64,000 bases of DNA from the human T2T-CHM13v2.0 reference genome, Homo sapiens: the NCBI RefSeq assembly GCF_009914755.1, contig NC_060927.1; one strand, 5' to 3'. The notes beneath the pieces are model-generated. The model was not told the DNA's origin. It saw only the letters and a list, made by a program, of their open reading frames with translations, and ran no database searches. Position 1 is the stretch's first letter. Every line of letters starts with the position of its first letter. Position numbers and translations under genes: made by a program. Below, in pieces: positions 28,345-39,376 of the stretch.

Positions 28345-28670
28345 ATAGTGTAGCAGCTTAAAAGACAGACTTTGGCTCAGGGAGATATGTGTTCTAACTG
28401 CAGCTCTGCCACTTCCTGGCCCTGCGACTAGGAAGGGCCCATAGGGCCTTAGTTTCCTTATCTAGAAAATGAGTCTAATGATAGCAACTTTTCATGAGGT
28501 TGTTGTGAAGATTAAATGGGGGTAGTATATGTAAAATGCTTAGTGTGTGAAATATATTAACCCATTGAGAAGATGAGGAAATTCAGGCTCTGAGAAGTTG
28601 TCACTTGGCTAAGCCACCCTGCCTAAGTGGTTGCCTTGGGACTCCACTGCAGCGGCGTGAATCCTGAGCA
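28345..28670. mobile_element. MIR fragments
   Basis: cagctctgccacttcctggc...agtttccttatctagaaaatg...gttgttgtgaagattaaatg. Confidence 0.75.
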
Positions 28671-29319
28671 GTACCCCCTCTCACAGCTACATGTGCTATG
28701 CTAAGTACTCCATGAAAACGATATGGGCCAGATACAGATCCTGTCCTCAAGGGGCGCCATGTCTGTGCTTCTTACGCTAGCCGCCCTGCTGTAATGTACA
28801 ATTCCTCATTCTGGCCCACTGTCCCCTCTCCTTCCCCATGCTCTCTCCCCAGGCACTTTTGCTGCCTCCTTTCCTGACCCATGTCCATCCTGCTGCTGTT
28901 CTATAAAAGGGCTTTGAAAGACAGGGTGCCCCCTACCTCTGTCAGGCTTCTGCAGGAGGCTGGAATGCAAGCCCTTCAACCAGGCTCTCTCTCACCTTTG
29001 CCTTTTTCATTCCGCTCTCATTTTCTTTCCTGGCTTGTATCTCCACCTAAAATGTGGCCAGGAATCAAAAGAAGAGCCCCCAGTGATAGCTAAATTGCAA
29101 CCCTCCAAACAGCTACAAGAGCTGTTACAGAATCCCTACACATTAACTTCATGTGGCATTACTCTTCTGCCCCTGTCATCTCCCTGTCCCACAGCAGGAA
29201 GGAAGGAGACTGTGCCGCTAAGACGCGTTGCACAGAGAATTGCTAAAAGCAGGACAACAGCTGTGAGAGGTGATTATCCTCCCAGAAAGGAGAGGAAAAA
29301 AACATTGAAGATCAGACCC

Positions 29320-30430
29320 AAGTATTTAATTTTTTAATAAAGCTGATTTAAGTTTTGAGTAAGTAATACTTGACATGATTCAAAATAAAAAAGTTTAAAA
29401 TTATATGCACCACTAAATTACCATCCCATCACTCACCCACCCTGCTCCCTACCTCCTCACAAATAGGTAGCCCCTATTGCTAGTTTGTTGTCTATTCTTC
29501 CAGGGATTGTTACACATATATAATATATAAGCAAATAATGAATATCCTTTTATCTCCTTGTACACAATGGAATACAGCATATGCAATCATGTGCCTTGCT
29601 GTTCTCACTTAACACACGATTTCCCTATGCCTATATAATTTCCTCATCCTTTTACACAGAAGCATGGTATTCCTTTGTATAGAAGTGTCATGATTTAATT
29701 AACCTATCCTCTGTGGCTGTCATTTTGATTGTTCTCCGTCTTTTGTTATTATAAACAATCGTGTGATGAATAAGTTTATGTGTCACTTTGCAAGTGGATA
29801 AGCATGTCTGTAGGAAAATTTTCAGAGGAAAATTTATTGGCTGTATCACAAGGTACATGCTATTGTGCATGTATGGTGCCAAGTTGCCCTCCATAATGGG
29901 ATACCAAGGTGGGCTTCTCTCTGCAGTCTATGAGCATGCTATTTCCCTACAGCCAACCCAGCACACTGCATTGTCAAACTTTGGCCTTTTTACTAACCTC
30001 ATAGGTGAAAAAGAAACGGTGTCTCGGTGTGATTTTAATGTATTATCTCTTACTATAAGTGGGATTGAACCATTTGTTTTTCTGTAAACTGTTTATATCT
30101 TTTGCTTGTTTTTTCTTTGAGTTATTGGTCTTTTTCTAATGAAGAGAGATAATCCCTTGGTAGCAATGTGAGTTGCAAATATTTTTTCCCAATTCATAGT
30201 TTACTTCTTAACTGTATTTATGGTTCTTCTTTGATGTTTATATAATCAGATTTATCTATATTTTCTGCTTTGTTTTCTAGATTTTGAGTTTTCTTTTAAA
30301 AGTCTCTCCATTCTGAGGTTACTCTTTTTTAAAATCACTTTTATGGTTTCAAATTTTAATAGTAAATTCATTTGGAATTTAACCTGGTTGATCGTGTGAT
30401 GTCTGAATCTACTTCCCCCCCCCGAGATGG
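29320..30430 (-). mobile_element. Old L1 (L1ME-like) 3' fragment
   Basis: Degenerate L1M 3'-end text: atggtattcctttgtatag..., ttattataaacaat, ttgcaaatattttttcccaatt. Confidence 0.65.
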
Positions 30431-33400
30431 TCTCAAGTATTTTAAAAAAAATACTGTAATCTGGGGCTTAGTGAAGAGGCATATAATACCTTCTTAGATC
30501 CTTAAAATATCACTCACAGCAAAATACAGTCAATCAGTATATTAACAAAATAAGGAGTTGCCAAGAGGCTTTTACCCAGACATTTTAGATTATAAATACT
30601 GAAAAATATGTGCAGTAAATATAATGTGAATTTCATTTCTTACCTCCTCCCCAAAATGAGTTGGACTATCACATCACTGTTAACCTTCCAAAATCAGTGG
30701 GATATTGTGTCAGTGCCTTAAAACTGTGGCAAATGAGGTGGAGAGCCCCTCAAGCCTCAGTCCAGATGTTCAGAATATTCCAGTCTAGGGTCTGAAGGGT
30801 GAGACAGACACCTTAAAGCCCCTGACTTCAAGCCTTCTTTTCTAAGTAATAGCTGGAAGTCTTGGGAAGTCCTGTCCAGGGCTCACTTTCTCAAAGCCAG
30901 CTAAAATAAAAGAACTGTCACGGTCTCATCAAAATGTGGTTTCTGAAGAGACCTTTTCTCTCCTATCTCCTGGAAAGTATTACCAGTACTTCAGTCAGAC
31001 CTAGGTATCTGCAAGGATTTCTTGGCAAACTTAATGCCTAGCTAAGAGAATATAGTTTTGAGACCACTTTTGTGCCTATAATTTATCATTTTCTCCCACC
31101 TTCCTAAAGATGTTAATTGCAGGCAATTTGAATCATCCAATAAAATTCTCACTATGGGAATCAGATTTTTGTCACTTCTGACTGTACCAAAAGTCGACTA
31201 GGCCATCTCTCCTATTCATGTGAAATCCAAAATATTTTTGAAACATTCTCTCCTCGTTTTAGTATCTGTTTCCTCTTTCACACCCCATCCATCACTGCAT
31301 GATTTTGTTCTCTTTTCTCTTCCCTTTTCCCTTTCTCTCTCCTCATATCTGTTAAGCCCTGCTTATCTAAGGTATGACAGCCATATGCCCTGGGACTTCC
31401 ACAGCCCTCATGTGAAACTTGCCATTTGATTATCCCCCAAAGCACATTGACATTTGTCAAATCTCACGCCCCCTTTTATGATTTGGAAAATATGGCCACT
31501 AGAAACATATTTTGGTTTGAGTTTTTCTTTTGAGAAGATCCCTTCCGGAAGAGATACTACAAGTGTAAACTGAGTTTTATAAACTGAATCACTTAACATG
31601 CCATAAAAGAAACTTAACAGCAAGTGAGTTGTTGTATATGAAAAATCTCAACTTAGAACTTACATTGGGCTCCTTTCCAAGTGGAATCCCGGAGTTATTT
31701 CAGACACTCCTCTTTGAGGAAAAGCCCAACAACGCCTACAGCCTTTTTCTTTTATTGTTGTATTTGTCACTTCAATTTCTTGAAACATTTTGCCCTAATA
31801 AATCAATCCATGCCTTTTTAATACAGCTCTCAATCATCTTCCTTGAAAGCATGTGAACGTTTTCAACTTTCTATTTGTAAGTGGCTCTTATTCATGCAGG
31901 GTTTACTACAACAGATCCATTTACAAAAGTAGATATTAATGCGATTTCTTTTCTTGACAGCATGAAAATAAATGGGATTATTAGCGGGTATGCTACTGTA
32001 AATTTAAATGAGGGCAGTGTGTAAATCAGTTAAGATTGTATAATTAATATTCAGCAGCAGCTCAGCTAACTGCCCTCTCTAGTCTGCAATTAGAATTTTG
32101 AGCTACACACTGCTAATAAACTCTTTGCCACCCTGATGTGATTATAGAACCATTGAGTTTAATTTGAAGACAGTCACTTGGTTTCTAATTCCTATATACC
32201 AACAATCAGTTAGTTCATGATTCTGGGTTTTCATATGAGTCTGGAGGCCACACTGTGGTCCTCCACCCTGCCCATGTCCAGTAGTCATGATGTTGTTCAG
32301 GGCAGTGTTGTAGTAAGCAGAGGACCCTGGATGAGAACAATGTGACATCCCAAGCTTCTCAGAGTGGGTGTACGTGTTGACCCAGATGTCTGTAAACCTC
32401 AGGAACCCCTTTTTCCTGTAAGCAGGTTTGGAGACCTGCCTTTTAAGGAGGTTTGTTTGTTTGTTTGTTTGTTTGTTAATACAGCAGTGTTGTGTGGAAT
32501 TCCAGACATTTCTAATGTTCAGTCTTTCTGCACTCAAGTTCAGCACTTTGCTTCTGAAAAATATTGGTCACTAAATTATTTCCAGGTTCTTGTCAGAAGG
32601 GCAGAAAAAGATATAAGAAAATTGTTAGCTCATATCAGAGGTTATCTAAACAGGTTCCCGGAAAAACAGAAGCCACAGAAGAAAAGGCCTTTATGCAGAA
32701 ATTTGGTCATTCTGGGTATTCTTCCTTAAGAATTCCTGGGTGGAAATGGGGGGTCAGAAGTCTAGAGGTTTTTTTGTTTGTTTGTTTTGGTTATTTTGCT
32801 ACATTTTGTTTGGGTAGTAAGTCTCTATAACTGGAATTTTATTAATACTTATAAAGGACTGTCAGAGCAGCTGGGCGTGTGTGTGTTTCATTAGTCAAGA
32901 AGGCCAATTAAACATACTGGAACCTGTCATGTGCTGGCAGTGTATATTTTTCAGCAGGGAGCTCAGGGACTTGACGTTGACAGCTGATACTGGCCGATGT
33001 GTTTCACATCCTGACTAAAAGATGTACTCTGCACGTTGTGTGTGCTCTGTTTTCCCAAGAGTAGACTTTATTTTTAAAGAGGTCTTTATCCTTAAAATAT
33101 CTCCCTTATTTGAAAGCATGGAAGGTTATTTTTAGAAATTTCAGTCCAAGAGAAAATATTCCTAATCACAAGCTTCATGTGTCCCATGTGGGCTTTTAAG
33201 AAGCCATGCATACTTGCACATTGCTACCATCAGGGCTTCAGACACTGTACAGATCTGGACCACAGGTGTGGGTTGTGGGCTTGAGACCCAGAAAACTGCT
33301 AACCAGATGCCATACAGATTTGATCAGCTACTATCACACATTACCCTCTGGACTTCCAATCAAACCTTTCTTAGAAATCTTTTGAAGATATATGAGCCCG

Positions 33401-34806
33401 TGTTTGGTTTTCTAAAAAGGGATGAACGAATGGAGAGTAACATAGGAAGCTTGCTTCCACTCTGCTACTTGGAACTTTCTATAGAAATGTGCATATATCT
33501 AATATGTTAGTCATCTTTGGTCAAGCACCAGAAGCACTTCGGTAGCATTTAGGGCTATGCTGTAAGAAAAGTGCATTCTTTTGAACAGAGACGCTCATTC
33601 GGTGAGGCAAAATGCTTACTCTGTGAGAGGGATATGAGAAATGGGACCAACTTAGGGACCAACAGATTCACATTTCCCGTTTCACTTTCATTCTGTCTCA
33701 CATACCCACTGAGTTCGAACTGAGGAGATAACTTGTGCAAACTGAGCTCTTTCTTGTACCCATCTGGGAGCATTCAGTGAATGTTTCATGTAAGTCCCTC
33801 TATCTTGGGTATCTTGTTGATGGGGGTGGGCTTTAGAAAGCCATCTAAAACAGTGGTTTTCCAGTTGGTTTAAGTGGCAGGAAACTTGGAATTCAGGATG
33901 TCGGAACATCATTATTATTAATAATATTGAAATAAATATTGACAACTTCAATGCCTTCATAGAAACTGAAATTAATTTTCCTACCAGACAAGTATAGCAG
34001 TCCACAAGGGTGGACTCTCAGGAGCCATTTTCCCTTTCTCACAGTGGTTCATAATTGGACACAGTACATACCAGAATCCCTAGAGGGAGTCTTCACAATA
34101 CACAGAGCTATATATACCCCACCCTGCACCTGCTCTGTTAGAATCATCATGAATGGGGCTTACCCTGCCTGGGTATTCTAAAAGCTCCCTAAGCCAAAGA
34201 GCTATGCACTGCTTGTTAATAACCACCATTTGACTGATACTTTACTGATAAGAGAGAGAGAGAGACTGAGAGACAGACTGACTGACTGTTCAGGGCCCTC
34301 CAAAATTAAGGCATACCTAAATCAGAGTACTTAAAGTGTCAGAAAGATATATGCTGCAAATTGTACAATAGGGGGAAGTAGAAGATAACTAATTTGGGTC
34401 ATTACTAGGCCTGTCAGAGTCAGTGAAAATAATGTTACCTGGCCTCAGTTTCTTAAAGGGCACAGACAGCACCCAGGCGTTGGGGAAGGGATGAGAAGTA
34501 AAAGGGCAGAGGTGGAAACATGAAATATATGGTGGGGAATCATTGGATTATACTTTGTAGTTAAATTTGTAAACATACTTTTTCATTACAAACATCTATT
34601 TCATTGATTTCCCTTTTTAGGGTACTTACATATACAAATGTTCACTGAAGAGAAATGATAATTTTGGAAAATGGCTCTTTGTGATCCTAGAAATCTGATT
34701 CATTCAGGGAGGGTCTGTAAGGGTAAGTTAGTTGAAAGAGAATTAGACCTAGATAGAAAATTGAAATTGCACGCTCAGTGACACACGTAAGCACTTCGAG
34801 AAATTC

Positions 34807-35138
34807 TTTTTTTTCTTTCTTTCTTTCTTTTTTCTTTCTTTTTTTTTTTTTTTTTTTGAGACCAAGTCTTGCTCTGTTGCCCAGGCTAGAGTGCAGTGGT
34901 GTGATCTCGGCTCACTGCAACCTCTGCCTCCCAGGTTCCCAGGTTCCAACGTTTCTTCTGCCTCAGCCTCCCGAGTAGCTGGAACTACAGGCACGTGCCA
35001 CCACACCTGCCTAATTTTTGTATTTTTAGTATAGACGGGGTTTCACCATCTTGGCCAGGCTGGTCTCAAACTTGTGATCCACCCACCTCGGCCTCCCAAA
35101 GTGCTGGGATTACAGGCGTGAGTCACTGTGTCTGGGCA
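34807..35138 (-). mobile_element. Alu, antisense, with T-rich tail and an internal 8-bp duplication (cccaggtt x2)
   Basis: Target-site duplication gcacttcgagaaattct / gcgctttgagaaattct. Confidence 0.95.
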
Positions 35139-35678
35139 GCGCTTTGAGAAATTCTATCTCCATTCCCCTGCGCTCAAAATTAGAGACAATACTGCCTCCT
35201 TAAGTAGATCACAGTTCAGAGGTTTAGAGGCATTAAAACTTGTGTTTTTCTTTTCCTTTTCTCCAAAATCCCTGCTTTTGCTTTTTTTATTCCTGGATAC
35301 CTCTGAAGGTCAAGAAGCATAATTTCTCGTGGAAATTCCCTGAAATGAGCAAGTTAAAATACAATGTCATGTGATATGCAGCTGCTTTTCTTAGGTATTA
35401 AACACAGTGTAGAATTTGTACATGCAAAGGGACCATCTTCATATTGTTAAGGATCATGAAAAGCTGACAATAGACTGACCACCTTCATCAGTCCCTGGCC
35501 CAGAGTAGACCCCCCAATAGATAGTTATTAAAGGAATAAATTAAATACCAGCATTGTAATGCCTCCATGAAATGGAAGATTAAGCAAACATTAATAAAGA
35601 GGATGCCAGTCTATATTTGTTATCAAGGAGAGATGCATATAGAATGATCTCATTTCGTTTTTTAAAAATAAAACCCCC

Positions 35679-35830
35679 ATGTAGTCCCAGCTACTTAGGA
35701 GGCTGAGGCACGAGAGGCGTGAGAATCGCCCGAACCTGGGAGGCGGAGGTTGCAGTGAGCTGAGATCGTGCCACTGCACTCCAGCCTGGATGACAGAGCG
35801 AGACTCCATCTCAAAATAAAATAAAATACA
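35679..35830 (+). mobile_element. 5'-truncated Alu (right arm only)
   Basis: Starts at tgtagtcccagctac and ends in an (aaaat)n tail. Confidence 0.9.
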
Positions 35831-35889
35831 TACTCCCCCAATACCCAGAAAAAAAAATGGAAAACAGCCCATCTGTCTATATTTGGGTG

Positions 35890-36510
35890 AGACTATAATA
35901 ATAGCCCACAGATTGATCTCCTTGTTCCATTTCTGCTGCCCTCTAATCCATTCATCATGTAGCAGCCAAAATGAGCTTTCTGAAAGAAGCAAATCAGATG
36001 GTGCCTCTCCATGGATTAAAGCCTTTCATTGACTGTCCCCTGCTCCTAGACACCAGTGAAGGTTCTTTGGTCGCTAGATCCTGCATGATCTGGCTCTGGC
36101 CCACCTCTCCAACCTTGCTTTCCACAGCCTTTCCCTTGCCTCTGGCTTCCTTCCAGTTTCCTAAAATGCACCAAGCTCCCTCTGCTCTAAGGCTCTTCAA
36201 CTAGCTGCTTGACCTGCCTAAAATGGTCTTCCTCCAGAGTTTTACAGGGTTAGACCTCCTTAATCAGGCCTCAGCTCAAATGCCACCTCCTCAGTGAAGT
36301 CCCTTCCTTCAGCCGACTTCATTTACCACCACATCATTCTTATTTTCTTCATTGCTCTTGACTATTTGAAGCAATTTATTTGCTTGTTGTGGATTTTTCC
36401 CCATGAAGACATAAATACTAGGAGAGTAGGTGCCTTGTGTGTCTTGTTTATCATTGTGCTCCCAGCTCCTCACTGCAGATAGATCAAGGAATAGTGAATA
36501 AATGAGGAAA
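35890..36510 (+). mobile_element. L2 3' fragment
   Basis: ctcagctcaaatgccacctcctcagtgaagtccctt; gtcttgtttatcattgtgctccc; ends gtgaataaatga. Confidence 0.75.
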
Positions 36511-38269
36511 AGTATACAGGGATAGACCTCAAAATATTAATAGTGATCATCACTAGGAGGAAGATTTTGGGTGTTTTTAATTGATTTTTTTCTTTTTGTT
36601 CATTTGTCTTGCCTAATTTTTCTGCAAAGATGATCTGTTGCTTATATAATACTTTATCAATTACTCCAGTGCTTAGCCAGGCTTAAGGAAGTAGTTTTAA
36701 GGATTGCAGACAGCGGCGGGAATGTGTTGTCTGCATACTTGATGCTGTGCAGTGGGTGCTGAATAAACATTTGCCAAATCCATTGAAATCTTTATTCTAC
36801 GGGAAGACATTCCCCACAAAGTTCTGTAGTTAGTTGCCCACCCATATATTTGTGTGGGAGGCAAGTGCATGATGTGCAGCAAGGTACAGATGCGGAGCTT
36901 TGTCCCCCAGGTTTCTGATCCTTATCCCCAGTCGTGTGCTTTTCGCTGGCAATCATGGAGTTATTTTGCTCCAGGGAAAATCCATTATAAACAGCAGCAC
37001 ATGGGGCACTAGAGTGTGATTTGCTTCAGTACACACTGCTTTTTTCAAAGATAATGTGGGGCCTGTAGTTCCACATATAACTGAGACTGGCTGAACTGTC
37101 TGCCTGTCTTGTAGGGAAAAAAAAATCTACAATATAGTATATATATATATCCTTTCCAAGTCACTTTAACAGTAACTTGGCCAATAACAATTGTATTTAC
37201 TAATAGCTTTACATTTTAGAAGTCTAATAGCCATAATAATTATGGTCTTAAAATCAAAGTTATTTCTTGCATGCATTTGTTTTTTTCAAGTTAAAGGCTA
37301 ACCCAGTAAATTGCATCCCATTCATCTTAGTGACTTAGAGCACTTATTTGGGCTATTAAGTAGTTGAATAGCTGTCCTCTAACTCAACAAAAGCAGGTTT
37401 TCCTTAGCTATGATACTGGATGGTTAAGGCTTTCATTCATTTGTGAAGTCCATAACCTGTGTTTTAACTTTAATGTTACATTCTGGAAATCTGTGCAAAT
37501 TGGAGAAGGTGGGGGAGGAGAGGAAGGAATCCAAGAGTAGAAAACTTAATAACTAATTTAGAGAGAGAAGGAAGTTATCTCAAACATCAAAATAATTTGT
37601 TTCACATAGATTTCCATTGCTTTACATTCAGAAGATTTGGTTAGCACCAGAGCCCTATAATATTATGTGCATTTCATATCCATGTAGCTTAAGTCTGACT
37701 AACTTATGTTCTTCACAAATTTAGGTAAAGGCAGCTACGCAAAGAGTGATGAAAACTTGTTTTATTATTTATATTATAAATGCTGAGCAATTCATAGGAA
37801 ACAAAAAAAACACGCTCATTTTTCTTCAGTGCTCTATTAGAGTAGTCCTGGGAGGCATGTGTCAAGAGTTGTAGTAACTGACGTTCAAAATCTCCTAATG
37901 GTATGGAGCAGCAGTCTAGATTGATTCTAGAGCACTATCCAAATGGAAACTGCTTAGAGCTACTTTCCATCTGAAAATAGGCACTGCTTAAAGAACAGCG
38001 CTTCATACTATGACATGTGATCATTTCTGATTGCGTGTGGTTATAATAGCCTGTATAAAACCTGAGATGGAAACATCTTTGTAACTCTGTGGTCTCTTCA
38101 CTCCCAAGGAGATCTTGTTTTTTATAGTTTCTTGATTTTTCTCTAACCTTCCCAACCCTAGCCCCTTCTTTGGCCTCATAGAAACAGGGTATGCCCAATG
38201 GAATCATCCCAGGATATTTTTGATTAGATTGAGCAAAGACAACTGTGAAGAAAAGTTGACTTATCTGGT

Positions 38270-38535
38270 AGTTGGAATACGGGCCCCAGAAAAAGCAAAG
38301 CTGTAATGTGTGTAAATGTTGTTTGGTGTGCGACGCCAGAGGAGGACAGATCCCAGTGACACTGTGCACCAGAAGGATGCCGCCTGCTTGGCTAAAAGAC
38401 CCAGCAGTAGGGCCAGCTATTGTAAAGCCCCTCCGCCAAATGAACAGGGACCCTTCTCTGGTCACAATAGCCATTCACGCTGAGCAGCTTCATTAAATAT
38501 TCAGCCTGTGCTTCCGGCAGCTCATTAGGGCCGCA
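38270..38535 (+). promoter_or_regulatory. Candidate intronic promoter or enhancer upstream of the putative alternative first exon
   Basis: No recognisable repeat. Locally GC- and CpG-richer than the AT-rich flanks (cgacgcc, ccgcc twice, cacgc, ccggc, ccgca). AT-rich ttaaatat at ~38493-38500. Confidence 0.35.
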
Positions 38536-38675
38536 ATGAGCAGTGACGTGGATGCAGGAAAGCTGAGGGCCAGCCAGCATCGGAGGCAGAGGCTGAGTGA
38601 GCTGCTGATGGCTTTTCTCTTCATTGCCTGTCCTATGATGACCAGTGTGTGCTCTCTGCTTTGCTTGAAATACAG
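38536..38675 (+). CDS. Candidate alternative first coding exon of PTPRG: MSSDVDAGKLRASQHRRQRLSELLMAFLFIACPMMTSVCSLLCLKY(R), splicing to exon 39285
   Basis: ATG in gccgcaATG context with an in-frame TAA upstream at 38494-38496. 46 open codons plus AG, then donor CAG|gtaaaa. Phase 2 matches the 39285 acceptor. No transcript evidence is available here. Confidence 0.45.
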
Positions 38676-39284
38676 GTAAAAAAAACAAACAAGCAGATGA
38701 CACGTAAGGGCTTCAAGACCTTGTCTCAGATGTTGTCTGGCAAGGGCCTCTGATTCTGAGTGCTTGCCTTCCTGAAGCCCTCTGACCCCTTTAAAGAGCT
38801 GTCTGAGGCTTAGGGGGCCTTTGCATGAACAATGTGGTGCTATTGTGTACTTGGGCTGTTTGATGACGATGTTGGAAGGGGATATAAGGTGTGGTTTTGA
38901 ACTTGGTGCTGGGGATTTAGAATAGCAAATTATTCCTCTGTAACGTACCAAATTTAGAAATATTGTGAGATAACCCTAGCACTCTGTGTGGTAGGTTTAC
39001 TCTCTACCATGTTTTCACGTATTTGAGTAGTTAAATACTAAGCCTTTCCCTTTGAACTATCAGTTTGGATGCGGTGATGATAAAAAAAATGGATATGCTG
39101 TAGCAATTTTGGGCCCCTCCAACAGGCTGAATGTTGTCCTTGTATCTTGTTACTTTTACATGAGTTTACCCTCAGTGCTGTGTGATGTTTAAAGCTGGGA
39201 AGATCTATAAAATAAGAATTAAAAGAAGATGAACTCAAATAAAGTATATTCTATTATTGACATGTTTTTCTCTTTTCTACACAG

Positions 39285-39376
39285 AAAATGTTTTCAGACT
39301 GCTCATTTCTATGTGGAAGACAGCAGTTCACCTCGAGTGGTCCCTAATGAAAGTATTCCTATTATTCCTATTCCGG
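39285..39376 (+). CDS. PTPRG: PTPRG coding exon (about exon 15): (R)[30 protein letters not shown](D)
   Basis: Acceptor ttttctcttttctacacag, donor G|gtaagt; 92 nt, phase 2 to phase 1; in frame with both upstream exons. Confidence 0.97.

Noticed and set aside
37935-38951. Minus-strand ORFs of 179, 103 and 152 aa
   Set aside because: No recognisable protein features, and several start at non-ATG codons. Better explained by the locally higher GC content around the candidate + strand exon.
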